Shown piece after piece: positions 1-12,953 of a DNA stretch of 64,000 nucleotides. The stretch comes from Octopus vulgaris (Eukaryota): positions 38,068,001-38,132,000 of the forward strand of contig OX597827.1 of assembly GCA_951406725.2 (NCBI GenBank), read 5' to 3'. The position numbers were made by a program, and so were the translations under genes. How positions within the stretch are numbered: position 1 is the first letter of the stretch; every line of letters begins with the position of its first letter. The notes beneath the pieces are model-generated. The model searched no databases and was not told where the DNA came from. It saw only the letters and a list, made by a program, of their open reading frames with translations.

Positions 1-1002
1 GTAGCACACTGTGTGTGTGCGTATGCGTGTGCTGTAGCCCACACTAAGAAAAGCATTTGACATACACACCACAATGTGAGTTTTCTCTAAATTTTGCTTA
101 ATTGGGGTTGAAATTTTAAAAACTGGACCTGGCACGACCCGATGCATTCTACTCTTAAAAATGCTAGGTAAATTGTAATTGAAGAAATCCTATATTGTAG
201 ATTTCTATAAGATACAAAGGGAGGCAGATAAAATCTGCCTTTTATAATAAGAGATCCCTTGGTTCTGGGCGTGCAAGGCTGAACTTTAACGCTGTAAGAT
301 TTTACAATGTTCAACTGCAAACAGAACTGGTCAAAATGGCGTCCTTAGGGAGCGAAGATAATACGCGTCTGCTTCAATGAAAGGCTTTCTGCTGTCTGCT
401 GACTGCTATGTGTCCCTCTGGACGCTCAGTTGGTCAACGTTTTACGCTCCCTTGCCTCTTTGTTAAGGTTCGCCTTCCCCTGCCATTCAACTAATGCCAC
501 GACAGTAAATCTGTTCTTCCGGTCATCGCGTTGCGCGAGAGGGCCCTTCCCTTCCGCCTTCGCGTATGCGCGAGAGAGCGTTTCGCGCGCGCACCGTTGT
601 ATTGATCACTACAAATCTATTTACCACGCTCTGTATTTAGACACACACACATTTTCCGTTTTGTTGCTAGGAAACCATTAACTGTTGCAGATAATGTTCT
701 ATTTTTATAAGACATCAGTGCTAGTTGCTGGCCTCTTAAGACGCCCGACCGCTATTTTAAATACACTCAAGCCTGCTTGCTGCTTAGATAATTTTATCGT
801 CATGTCTGACTATCCTGTGAAAAAAGGACGTGAACCCGGGGTACATGAGACACGGTGAGACAATATTATTATTAATAATTATTTGCACATATAATTTGCC
901 ATTAATAGCCGACGAGAATGTATCGTGGCTCTCCACTCCGATATTCGAAACTTTGAGTACTATAATGACAACCTTTTACTGTTTGTTCTAAATTATAATA
1001 TA

Positions 1003-2194
1003 CTAGCAGTATCGCCCGGCGTTGCTCGGGTTTGTAAGGGAAATAACTATATAAGCATTTTTAGAGTGTTATAGCCAAAAAATAGCAAAAGAATGCATTA
1101 AAAATGGAAAAAAAATTAAGGTAAATTTTTTTTTAAATCGTTGACACATCGTAGATATTTTTAGAGAGTTATTTCCCTTATATAATAGCGAAAAAATGCA
1201 TTAAAATGGAAAAATATGATGGTAAATTTTTTTAAAATCGTAGACTCATCGTAGACGCGCGCTAATACCCAGAAGGGCTCGATATGACTCACGACTATAA
1301 GATACCCGGTTTTGGTTACACTGCACCGCAAAATGTGGGAGTAGTTAGGAATCTAAATCGTAGGAGACAGACACACAACCTTTCTTTTATATATAAATAT
1401 TTTCGTCCTAAAAGACTTTGTATGGATTGAATGGTTACCTCTATGGAAATATATACACGCACATTATACATACATGTGTGTATAGATGAATATATAAATA
1501 CATTTAAATATCTATATACACTTTTGGGCGAACTTTCTGTTTCTTAGAGATAACTTTATCCCGTCCGATTCGCTCCAAAATTTACAGGGACATGTAGAAT
1601 GAGGTGACGATGCTCGTGGGCTACCTTAGAAATCCCTATCTTAAAAGGTGTGGTTGCTAGGGGCCATCTTCCTCACTCACCCTATTTCCTCCAGTACCCT
1701 GTCACTCCTCTTCATTTGACAGGCCACTACGGTTATTTAATGTAAAGTCTTCCTCAAATCACTCTCTCGCTATTTACTCCTATCTTCCAAGAACATTTTC
1801 ACTCACACTTATCTCTTAGCTTCCCATACATTTTACTCATGTATCTATCAGCGTCATAGACAGAAACAAATATTACATCGCCATCGCATTCTATTGTCTA
1901 CCTGTCAACACACATACAGTGAATTACTTTCACTTTATTCGTAGCACACTGTGTGTGTGCGTATGCGTGTGCTGTAGCCCACACTAAGAAAAGCATTTGA
2001 CATACACACCACAATGTGAGTTTTCTCTAAATTTTGCTTAATTGGGGTTGAAATTTTAAAAACTGGACCTGGCACGACCCGATGCATTCTACTCTTAAAA
2101 ATGCTAGGTAAATTGTAATTGAAGAAATCCTATATTGTAGATTTCTATAAGATACAAAGGGAGGCAGATAAAATCTGCCTTTTATAATAAGAGA
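1003..2194 (-). mobile_element. Composite non-autonomous Helitron, one per array unit (representative copy)
   Basis: On the minus strand it starts A|TCTCTTATTATAAAAGGCAGATTTTATCTGCC (2194) and ends with hairpin CCCGAGCAACGCCGGG followed by CTAG|T (1003). A second, mutated 5' end (TATTTATATATAAAAG) lies inside at about 1399. The same CTAG ends occur at 2944, 4882, 6826 and 8762. Confidence 0.8.
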
Positions 2195-5100
2195 TTCCTT
2201 GGTTCTGGGCGTGCAAGGCTGAACTTTAACGCTGTAAGATTTTACAATGTTCAACTGCAAACAGAACTGGTCAAAATGGCGTCCTTAGGGAGCGAAGATA
2301 ATACGCGTCTGCTTCAATGAAAGGCTTTCTGCTGTCTGCTGACTGCTATGTGTCCTTCTGGACGCTCAGTTGGTCAACGTTTTACGCTCCTTTGCCTCTT
2401 TGTTAAGGTTCGCCTTCCCCTGCCATTCAACTAATGCCACGACAGCAAATCTGTTCTTCCGGTCATCGCGCATGCGCGAGAGGGCCCTTCCCTTCCGCCT
2501 TCGCGTATGCGCGAGAGAGCGTTGCGCGCGCGCACCGTTGTATTGATCACTACAAATCTATTTACCACGCTCTGTATTTAGACACCAACACATTTTCCGT
2601 TTTGTTGCTAGGAAACCATTAACTGTTGCATATAGTGTTCTATTTTTATAAGACATCAGTGCTAGTTGCTGGCCTCTTAAGACGCCCGACCGCTATTTTA
2701 AATACACTCAAGCCTGCTTGCTGCTTAGATAATTTTATCGTCATGTCTGACTATCCTGTGAAAAAAGGACGTGAACCCGGGGTACATGAGACACGGTGAG
2801 ACAATATTATTATTAATAATTATTTGCACATATAATTTGCCATTAATAGCCGACGAGAATGTATCGTGGCTCTCCACTCCGATATTCGAAACTTTGAGTA
2901 CTATAATGACAACCTTTTACTGTTTGTTCTAAATTATAATATACTAGCAGTATCGCCCGGCGTTGCTCGGGTTTGTAAGGGAAATAACTATAAAAGCATT
3001 TTTAGAGAGTTATAGCCAAAAAATAGCAAAAGAATGCATTAAAAATGGAAAAAAAATTAGGGTAAATTTTTTTTTTTAATCGTTGACACATCGTAGATAT
3101 TTTTAGAGAGGTACTTCCCTTATATAATAGCGAAAAATGCATTAAAATGGAAAAATATGATGGTAAATTTTTTTTAAATCGTAGACTCATTGTAGACGCG
3201 CGCTAATACCCAGAAGGGCTCGATATGACTCACGACTATAAGATACCCGGTTTTGGTTACACTGCACCGCAAAATGTGGGAGTAGTTAGGAATCTAAATC
3301 GTAGGAGACAGACACACAACCTTTCTTTTATATATAAATATTTTCGTCCTAAAAGACTTTGTATGGATTGAATGGTTACCTCTATGGAAATATATACACG
3401 CACATTATACATACATGTGTGTATAGATGAATATATAAATACATTTAAATATCTATATACACTTTTGGGCGAACTTTCTGTTTCTTAGAGATAACTTTAT
3501 CCCGTCCGATTCGCTCCAAAATTTACAGGGACATGTAGAATGAGGTGACGATGCTCGTGGGCTACCTTAGAAATCCCTATCTTAAAAGGTGTGGTTGCTA
3601 GGGGCCATCTTCCTCACTCACCCTATTTCCTCCAGTACCCTGTCACTCCTCTTCATTTGACAGGCCACTACGGTTATTTAATGTAAAGTCTTCCTCAAAT
3701 CACTCTCTCGTTATTTACTCTCTTCCAAGAACATTTTCACTCACACTTATCTCTTAGCTTCCCATACATTTTACTCATGTATCTATCAGCGTCATAGACA
3801 GAAACAAATATTACATCGCCATCGCATTCTATTGTCTACCTGTCAACACACATACAGTGAATTACTTTCACTTTATTCGTAGCACACTGTGTGTGTGCGT
3901 ATGCGTGTGCTGTAGCCCACACTAAGAAAAGCATTTGACATACACACCACAATGTGAGTTTTCTCTAAATTTTGCTTAATTGGGGTTGAAATTTTAAAAA
4001 CTGGACCTGGCACGACCCGATGCATTCTACTCTTAAAAATGCTAGGTAAATTGTAATTGAAGAAATCCTATATTGTAGATTTCTATAAGATACAAAGGGA
4101 GGCAGATAAAATCTGCCTTTTATAATAAGAGATTCCTTGGTTCTGGGCGTGCAAGGCTGAACTTTAACGCTGTAAGATTTTACAATGTTCAACTGCAAAC
4201 AGAACTGGTCAAAATGGCGTCCTTAGGGAGCGAAGATAATACGCGTCTGCTTCAATGAAAGGCTTTCTGCTGTCTGCTGACTGCTATGTGTCCTTCTGGA
4301 CGCTCAGTTGGTCAACGTTTTACGCTCCTTTGCCTCTTTGTTAAGGTTCGCCTTCCCCTGCCATTCAACTAATGCCACGACAGCAAATCTGTTCTTCCGG
4401 TCATCGCGCATGCGCGAGAGGGCCCTTCCCTTCCGCCTTCGCGTATGCGCGAGAGAGCGTTGCGCGCGCGCACCGTTGTATTGATCACTACAAATCTATT
4501 TACCACGCTCTGTATTTAGACACCCACACATTTTCCGTTTTGTTGCTAGGAAACCATTAACTGTTGCATATAGTGTTCTATTTTTATAAGACATCAGTGC
4601 TAGTTGCTGGCCTCTTAAGACGCCCGACCGCTATTTTAAATACACTCAAGCCTGCTTGCTGCTTAGATAATTTTATCGTCATGTCTGACTATCCTGTGAA
4701 AAAAGGACGTGAACCCGGGGTACATGAGACACGGTGAGACAATATTATTATTAATAATTATTTGCACATATAATTTGCCATTAATAGCCGACGAGAATGT
4801 ATCGTGGCTCTCCACTCCGATATTCGAAACTTTGAGTACTATAATGACAACCTTTTACTGTTTGTTCTAAATTATAATATACTAGCAGTATCGCCCGGCG
4901 TTGCTCGGGTTTGTAAGGGAAATAACTATGAAAGCATTTTTAGAGAGTAATAGCCAAAAAATAGCAAAAGAATGCATTAAAAATGGAAAAAAAATTAGGG
5001 TAAATTTTTTTTTTTAATCGTTGACACATCGTAGATATTTTTAGAGAGGTACTTCCCTTATATAATAGCGAAAAATGCATTAAAATGGAAAAATATGACG

Positions 5101-8100
5101 GTAAATTTTTTTTAAATCGTAGACTCATTGTAGACGCGCGCTAATACCCAGAAGGGCTCGATATGACTCACGACTATAAGATACCCGGTTTTGGTTACAC
5201 TGCACAGCAAAATGTGGGAGTAGTTAGGAATCTAAATCGTAGGAGACAGACACACAACCTTTCTTTTATATATAAATATTTTCGTCCTAAAAAACTTTGT
5301 ATGGATTGAATGGTTACCTCTATGGAAATATATACACGCACATTATACATACATGTGTGTATAGATGAATATATAAATACATTTAAATATCTATATACAC
5401 TTTTGGGCGATCTTTCTGTTTCTTAGAGATAACTTTATCCCGTCCGATTCGCTCCAAAATTTACAGGGACATGTAGAATGAGGTGACGATGCTCGTGGGC
5501 TACCTTAGAAATCCCTATCTTAAAAGGTGTGGTTGCTAGGGGCCATCTTCCTCACTCACCCTATTTCCTCCAGTACCCTGTCACTCCTCTTCATTTGAAA
5601 GGCCACTACGGTTATTTAATATAAAGTCTTCCTCAAATCACTCTCTCGCTATTTACTCTCTTCCAAGAACATTTTCACTCACTCTTATCTCTTAGCTTCC
5701 CATACATTTTACTCATGTATCTATCAGCGTCATAGACAGAAACAAATATTACATCGCCATCGCCATCGCATTCTATTGTCTACCTGTCAACACACACACA
5801 GTGAATTACTTTCACTTTATTTGTTGCACACTGTGTGTGTGCGTATGCCTGTGCTGTAGCCCACACTAAGAAAAGCATTTGACATACACACCACAATGTG
5901 AGTTTTCTCTAAATTTTGCTTAATTGGGATTGAAATTTTAAAAACTGGACCTGGCAAGACCCGATGCATTCTACTCTTAAAAATGCTAGGTAAATTGTAA
6001 TTGAAGAAATCCTATATTGTAGATTTCTATAAGATACAAAGGGAGGCAGATAAAATCTGCCTTTTATAATAAGAGATCCCTTGGTTCTGGGCGTGCAAGG
6101 CTGAACTTTAACACTTTAAGATTTTACAATGTTCAACTGCAAACAGAACTGGTCAAAATGGCGTCCTTAGGGAGCGAAGATAATACGCGTTTGCTTCAAT
6201 GAAAGGCTTTCTGCTGTCTGCTGACTGCTATGTGTCCCTCTGGACGCTCTGTTGGTCAACGTTTTACGCTCCCTGTCCTCTTTGTTAAGGTTCGCCTTCC
6301 CCTGCCATTCAACTAATGCCACGACAGCAAATCTGTTCTTCCGGTCATCGCGCATGCGCGAGAGGGCCCTTCCCTTTCGCCTTCGCGTATGCGCGAGAGA
6401 GCGTTGCGCGCGCGCACCGTTGTATTGATCACTACAAATCTATTTACCACGCTCTGTAGTTAGACACCCACACATTTTCCGTTTTGTTGCTAGGAAACCA
6501 TTAACTATTGCAGATAGTGTTCTATTTTTATAAGACATCAGTGCTAGTTGCTGGCCTCTTAAGACGCCCGACCGCTATTTTAAATACACTCAAGCCTGCT
6601 TGCTGCTTAGATAATTTTATCGTCATGTCTAACTATCCTGTGAAAAAAGGACGTGAACCCGGGGTACATGAGACACGGTGAGACAATATTATTATTAATA
6701 ATTATTTGCACATATAATTTGCCATTAATAGCCGACGAGAATGTATCGTGGCTCTCCACTCCGATATTCGAAACTTTGAGTACTATAATGACAACCTTTT
6801 ACTGTTTGTTCTAAATTATAATATACTAGCAGTATCGCCCGGCGTTGCTCGGGTTTGTAAGGGAAATAACTATATAAGCATTTTTAGAGAGTTATAGCCA
6901 AAAAATAGCAAAACAATGCATTAAAAATGGAAAGAAAATTAAGGTAAATTTTCTTTTTAAATCGTTGACACATCGTAGATATTTTTAGAGAGTTACTTCC
7001 CTTATATAATAGCGACAAATCATTAAAATGGAAAAATATGATGGTAAATTTTTTTTAAATCTTAGACTCATCGTAGACGCGCGCTAATACCCAGAAGGGC
7101 TCGATATGACTCACGACTATAAGATACCCGGTTTTGGTTACACTGCACCGCAAAATGTGGGAGTAGTTAGGAATCAAAATCGGAGTAGACAGACACACAA
7201 CATTTCTTTTATATATAAATATTTTCGTCCTAAAAGACTTTGTATGGATTGAATGGTTACCTCTATGGAAATATATACACGCACATTATACATACATGTG
7301 TGTATAGATGAATATATAAATACATTTAAATATCTATATACACTTTTGGGCGATCTTTCTGTTTCTTAGAGATAACTTTATCCCGTCCGATTCGCTCCAA
7401 AATTTACAGGGACATGTAGAATGAGGTGACGATGCTCGTGGGCTACCTTAGAAATCCCTATCTTAAAAGGTGTGGTTTCTAGGGGCCATCTTCCTCAATC
7501 ACCCTATTTCCTCCAGTACCCTGTCACTCCTCTTCATTTGACAGGCCACTACGGTTATTTAATGTAAAGTCTTCCTCAAATCACTCTCTCGTTATTTACT
7601 CTCTTCCAAGAACATTTTCACTCACACTTATCTCTTAGCTTCCCATACATTTTACTCATGTATCTATCAGCGTCATAGACAGAAACAAATATTACATCGC
7701 CATCGCATTCTATTGTCTACCTGTCAACACACATACAGTGAATTACTTTCACTTTATTCGTAGCACACTGTGTGTGTGCGTATGCGTGTGTTGTAGCCCA
7801 CACTAAGAAAAGCATTTGACATACACACCACAATGTGAGTTTTCTCTAAATTTTGCTTAATTGGGGTTGAAATTTTAAAAACTGGACCTGGCACGACCCG
7901 ATGCATTCTACTCTTAAAAATGCTAGGTAAATTGTAATTGAAGAAATCCTATATTGTAGATTTCTATAAGATACAAAGGGAGGCAGATAAAATCTGCCTT
8001 TTATAATAAGAGATCCCTTGGTTCTGGGCGTGCAAGGCTGAACTTTAACGCTGTAAGATTTTACAATGTTCAACTGCAAACAGAACTGGTCAAAATGGCG

Positions 8101-8761
8101 TCCTTAGGGAGCGAAAATAATACGCGTCTGCTTCAATGAAAGGCTTTCTGCTGTCTGCTGACTGCTATGTGTCCCTCTGGACGCTCAGTTGGTCAACGTT
8201 TTACGCTCCTTTGCCTCTTTGTTAAGGTTCGCCTTCCCCTGCAATTCAACTAATGCCACGACAGCAAATCTGTTCTCCCGGTCATCGCGCATGCGCGAGA
8301 GGGTCTTCCCTTTCGCCTTCGCGTATGCGCGAGAGAGCGTTTCGCGCTCGCACCGTTGTATTGATCACTACAAATCTATTTACCACGCTCTGTATTTAGA
8401 CACACACACATTTTCCGTTTTGTTGCTAGGAAACCATTAACTGTTGCAGATAGTGTTCTATTTTTATAAGACATCAGTGCTAGTTGCTGGCCTCTTAAGA
8501 CGCCCGACCGCTATTTTAAATACACTCAAGCCTGCTTGCTGCTTAGATAATTTTATCGTCATGTCTGACTATCCTGTGAAAAAAGGACGTGAACCCGGGG
8601 TACATGAGACACGGTGAGACAATATTATTATTAATAATTATTTGCACATATAATTTGCCATTAATAGCCGACGAGAATGTATCGTGGCTCTCCACTCCGA
8701 TATTCGAAACTTTGAGTACTATAATGACAACCTTTTACTGTTTGTTCTAAATTATAATATA

Positions 8762-9159
8762 CTAGCAGTATCGCCCGGCGTTGCTCGGGTTTGTAAGGGA
8801 AATAACTATATAAGCATTTTTAGAGAGTTGTAGCCAAAAAATAGCAAAACAATGCATTAAAAATGGAAAAAAAAATTAAGGTAAATTTTTTTTTAAATCG
8901 TTGACACATCGTAGATATTTTTAGAGAGTTACTTCCCTTATATAATAGCGAAAAAATGCATTAAAATTGAAAAATATGATGGTAAATTTTTTTTAAATCG
9001 TAGACTCATCGTAGACGCGCGCTAATATCCAGAAGGGCTCGATATGACTCATGACTATAAGATACCCGGTTTTGGTTACACTGCACCGCAAAATGTGGGA
9101 GTAGTTAGGAATCTAAATCGTAGGAGACAGACACACAACTTCAGTTTTATATATAAAGA
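8762..9159 (-). mobile_element. Complete 398-bp non-autonomous Helitron
   Basis: Minus strand A|TCTTTATATATAAAACTG ... CCCGAGCAACGCCGGGCGATACTGCTAG|T. It has the canonical 5'-TC, subterminal hairpin, 3'-CTAG, an A|T target and no TSD, plus an internal ~100-bp duplication. Confidence 0.9.
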
Positions 9160-9609
9160 TATAAGCCACGTAGTTGTATACACATACTTTGTTATATACA
9201 CATTCTTAAAAGAAAATGTTATTTTGAACACAACATTTATAAAGAATAAAATATTTTTTGGTTTTTCTAAACCCTTTCGTTACTATATTTCTGACCAAAT
9301 TCACCTCTTATGTGTTTCAATTATTTTCTAACGTAATCATAAATTTAGTCTGGTTTCATTAAACAACAATAACTTTTTTATTTATCAATATATTAATCTG
9401 GTTTTTGGAAGATAATTTAATGAAATGTTCTCAACCAATTCTATACTATAATTTTTGTCACAAAGTGACTCTAATTGCAGGTAGATACAGGTAAATTCAA
9501 CAATATATAAAATTATTAAAATTTTGTTCAAACATCGCTCTAGAAAATGGGTTATTAGCTAATATTCAGTTGGGTATACCAGAAAATTTTACGATAGAAT
9601 TTGTTTTTC

Positions 9610-9850
9610 TGGGCAACTTTCTGATACCCATAATAATATTTATGGCAAAATAGGCCTTAATTACATTTAAGGTTGTGGGAAACCACAAACTATCGTTTCT
9701 TTCATTTTGTTTACATTTTAGCGTAACAGTTCGTTTCTGCCGTAATGATTTCAAATAGGCTCATTCGAAAAAGTAAAAAGAAATAGTCTAAGGCTTTACT
9801 CTCCTGGGAAAGTCTGTGGCTTGGTCCAGTTTCTTCAAAAGAATCACCGA
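9610..9850 (-). pseudogene. piggyBac (PGBD-like) transposase N-terminal remnant, frameshifted
   Basis: Manual minus-strand translation across frameshifts gives FEETGPSHRL..ALDYF.LLF..LFEIITAETNCYA and then WFPTTLNVIKAYFAINIIMGIRKLP. These match the piggyBac motifs 'ETNRYA' and 'W.P.T..E.KA..G..I.MG..KLP'. Confidence 0.8.
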
Positions 9851-9992
9851 AAGAAACAGTTTTTAAATTTTCACTCCATTCAGGTGCCAATTCATTTTCT
9901 TTATCGCTGTCGGATTCACTGTTTTCACTTTAATCGTTGCAAACAGAAAGGAGAAATTAGAGTGATAGCGTCAGTGAAACAGTTCGCTCCGT

Positions 9993-10238
9993 TTGTGTGT
10001 GTGTGCGTATGCGTGTGCTGTAGCCCAAACTAAGAAAAGCATTTGACATACACACCACAATGTGAGTTTTCTCTAAATTTTGCTTAATTGGGGTTGAAAT
10101 TTTAAAAACTGGATCTGGCACGACCCGATGCATTCTACTCTTAAAAATGCTAGGTAAATTGTAATTGAAGAAATCCTATATTGTAGATTTCTATAAGATA
10201 CAAAGGGAGGCAGATAAAATCTGCCTTTTATAATAAGA
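9993..10238 (-). mobile_element. Isolated 5'-end fragment of the Helitron present in the array unit
   Basis: Nearly identical to about positions 11-252 of the unit, including the GGCAGATAAAATCTGCC palindrome. Confidence 0.8.
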
Positions 10239-11866
10239 CTAGCAGAATTGCCCGGCGTTGCTCGGAGCTGAATTGCTTGAAAGTACTGTTAATGATTGCA
10301 CTGAATTATGATGATTATTCAGGCAAATATTGATATAAGTTTACGGACTTAACGATCAAACGTGTGCCATTGCATTGTTTTGGGGGAACCAAATTTCTGA
10401 TGAGCATTATAGGGGCACCAACTTTAAGTTTGAGAAAGTGTGGTGGTAGTCCGGGGTGCTCAAAGGAATTGAGTACCTCTATTGGATAGTTGATGACGTC
10501 CTCTGGGTCAGGAGTTGTATTGATAGACTGATATACATAGACATCCCCAGGAATGAGTGTTAGCATTTCATCATTAATATGGTGAACAGTTTTATTCCTC
10601 GGGGTCAGTATAGCCTTTTTGCCAATCCAATCCATATTCTGATAATTAGCTTGTAGGTCTGGGAACACTGCATCTGTGAGATCAGAAGGCGTCTTAAGAA
10701 TGGTACAAATAGAATCGATGGCAATATTACCATTTTCATCCCCTGGTATTTTGCCTTCGCCAAGTGCAAGGAGGGTGTGAGGAAATGCTGCTGATGTGAT
10801 ATTACGTCGCATATGAGCACGCATATTGGTGTGAAGTTTGAGAGTTACTTCCCTTTATTAAAAAAAATATGCATTAAAATGGGAAAAAATGAGGGTAAAT
10901 TATTTGTAAAATCACAGACTCATCGTAGACGCGCGCTAATACCCGGAAAGGCTCGATATGAATCACGACTATAAGATACCCGGTTTTGGTTAAACTGCAT
11001 CGCAAAATGTGGGAGTAGTTAGGAATCTAAATCGTAGGAGACAGACACACAACCTTTCTTTTATATATACATATTTTCGTCCTAAAAGACTTTGTATGGA
11101 TTGAATGGTTACCTCTATGGAAATATATACACGCACATTATACATACATGTGTGTATAGATGAATATATAAATACATTTAAATATCTATATACACTTTTG
11201 GGCGATCTTTCTGTTTCTTAGAGATAACTTTATCCCGTCCGATTCGCTCCAAAATTTACAGGGACATGTAGAATGAGGTGACGATGCTCGTGGGCTACCT
11301 TAGAAATCCCTATCTTAAAAGGTGTGGTTGCTAGGGGCCATCTTCCTCACTCACCCTATTTCCTCCAGTACCCTGTCACTCCTCTTCATTTGACAGGCCA
11401 CTACGGTTATTTAATGTAAAGTCTTCCTCAAATCACTCTCTCGCTATTTACTCTCTTCCAAGAACATTTTCACTCACTCTTATCTCTTAGCTTCCCATAC
11501 ATTTTACTCATGTATCTATCAGCGTCATAGACAGAAACAAATATTACATCGCCATCGCCATCGCATTCTATTGTCTACCTGTCAACACACACACAGTGAA
11601 TTACTTTCACTTTATTCGTTGCACACTGTGTGTGTGCGTGTGCGTGTGCTGTATCCCACACTAAGAAAAGCATTTGACTCATACACCACAATGTGAGTTT
11701 TCTCTAAATTTTGCTTAATTGGGGTTGAAATTTTAAAAAGTGGACCTGGCAAGACCCGATGCATTCTACTCTTAAAAATGCTAGGTAAATTGTAATTGAA
11801 GAAATCCTATATTGTAGATTTCTATAAGAGACAAAGGGAGGCAGATAAAATCTGCCTTTTATAATA
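10239..11866 (-). mobile_element. Longer Helitron copy of the same family carrying a helicase fragment
   Basis: 3' hairpin plus CTAG at 10239-10265. 10850-11866 is colinear with the array unit (about 1165-2186). The RepHel helicase fragment lies between these parts. Confidence 0.85.
10315..10845 (-). pseudogene. Helitron RepHel PIF1-type helicase C-terminal fragment
   Basis: Motifs LHTNMRAH, AILTPRNKTVHHIN, LNSFEHPGLPPHFLKLKVGAPIMLIRNL and CNGTRLIV are typical of Helitron PIF1 helicases. It is truncated at both ends. Confidence 0.93.
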
Positions 11867-12153
11867 CTTGGTACTAAAAAATAACAATTCAATCTTACAA
11901 AGTTCAAAACCTTTGCGGTTTCATTTATTATTTATATCCCATACACGTGTAAATAATGAAATTATGCTTGGCATTATTCAGACTTTTGGCGGACTTTTCC
12001 AAAACTCAGTCGGACTTTACTGCCACTTAAACACCGGTAGATTTCCGAAACAACGGAGATCAACAGGCGAGTGAAGTGGTGTCGAGATTCCATTTGTTTT
12101 CTAGTCTGTCAAATTTTCTTATACTGATGGTAAAAGACCAGATGGTATGATTT

Positions 12154-12953
12154 TCTTCACCCGTTAGCCAAAAAAAAAACCCACCTGCTGGGTGTTAACA
12201 ACTGTGTAGAAAACGAATATGAGAAAAAAAATTTGTGCAAACGAACCGGCGGGTGGGGACAGGACTTTCGGAAAATTCACAAGATCCGATTTTTCGTCAA
12301 CTTTTTGGAAAATGTATATATATTGATTTTTCTTTTTACTCGATCCATTCCCATGTTTTTGGTTATGGAGGATCCGATTCTGAAAATTTTTTTTTTCAAA
12401 ACTTCAATTCAGACAAAACAACCGTTAATTTTCACTGGGGAACTTTGGGTCGCAGTTTTTCATAAAAATTTGAATTTGTGTTTATTTTTTCCATATTCTT
12501 CATCTCCGTACTTTCCCACACAGATTGATTGAAAAAAAACTTTAATTTCATATTACTGCGGGAAATTAATCTGAAAGAAATCTTTACAGAAAGGCGAGTG
12601 GATCGATTATATATTTCTTTCATTATGTTACCGAAGTTTTGTGAGATTTGGCTCTTATTTCTAGCATGTGGATAACCTGCTTGAAGGCCAAGGCCGGAGA
12701 ATAGAGATTTTGAAAATGCGATTTTTGAAATTTTCTTTGCAGAATCGGATCCTCCATAACCAAAAATAAAACCGTAAAAAAAAAAATCGAAATATATATC
12801 TATTTTCCCGAAAGTTATGATGGAAAAATCGGATCTTGTGAATTTTCCGAGAGTGCTCACCCCCACACCCCCGATCATTTGCACAATTTTTTTTCTCATA
12901 TTCGTTTTCTACATAGTTGGGTTTTTGGGGTTTTTTTTGTTAACGGGTGAAGA
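12154..12953. mobile_element. ~800-bp MITE/foldback element with ~250-bp imperfect terminal inverted repeats
   Basis: TCTTCACCCGTTA...GTAGAAAACGAATATGAGAAAAAAAATT...GGAAAATTCACAAGATCCGATTTTTC...GGTTATGGAGGATCCGATTCTG (12154-12410) is mirrored in reverse complement at 12720-12953. No credible ORF is present. Confidence 0.85.

Larger units (their letters stand above)
1..9159. repeat. Tandem array of a ~1.94-kb Helitron-derived unit (~4.7 copies visible, continues off the left edge)
   Basis: Unit start GTAGCACACTGTGTG recurs at 1, 1941, 3879, 5823 (variant) and 7760, giving periods of 1937-1944 bp. Copies differ by scattered substitutions and indels. Similarity to the unit ends at about 9159. 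Confidence 0.97.

Noticed and set aside
87-8440. Recurrent 62-83 aa ORFs in the 1.94-kb units
   Set aside because: They recur only because the DNA is repeated, have no recognisable domains, and are broken in some copies.
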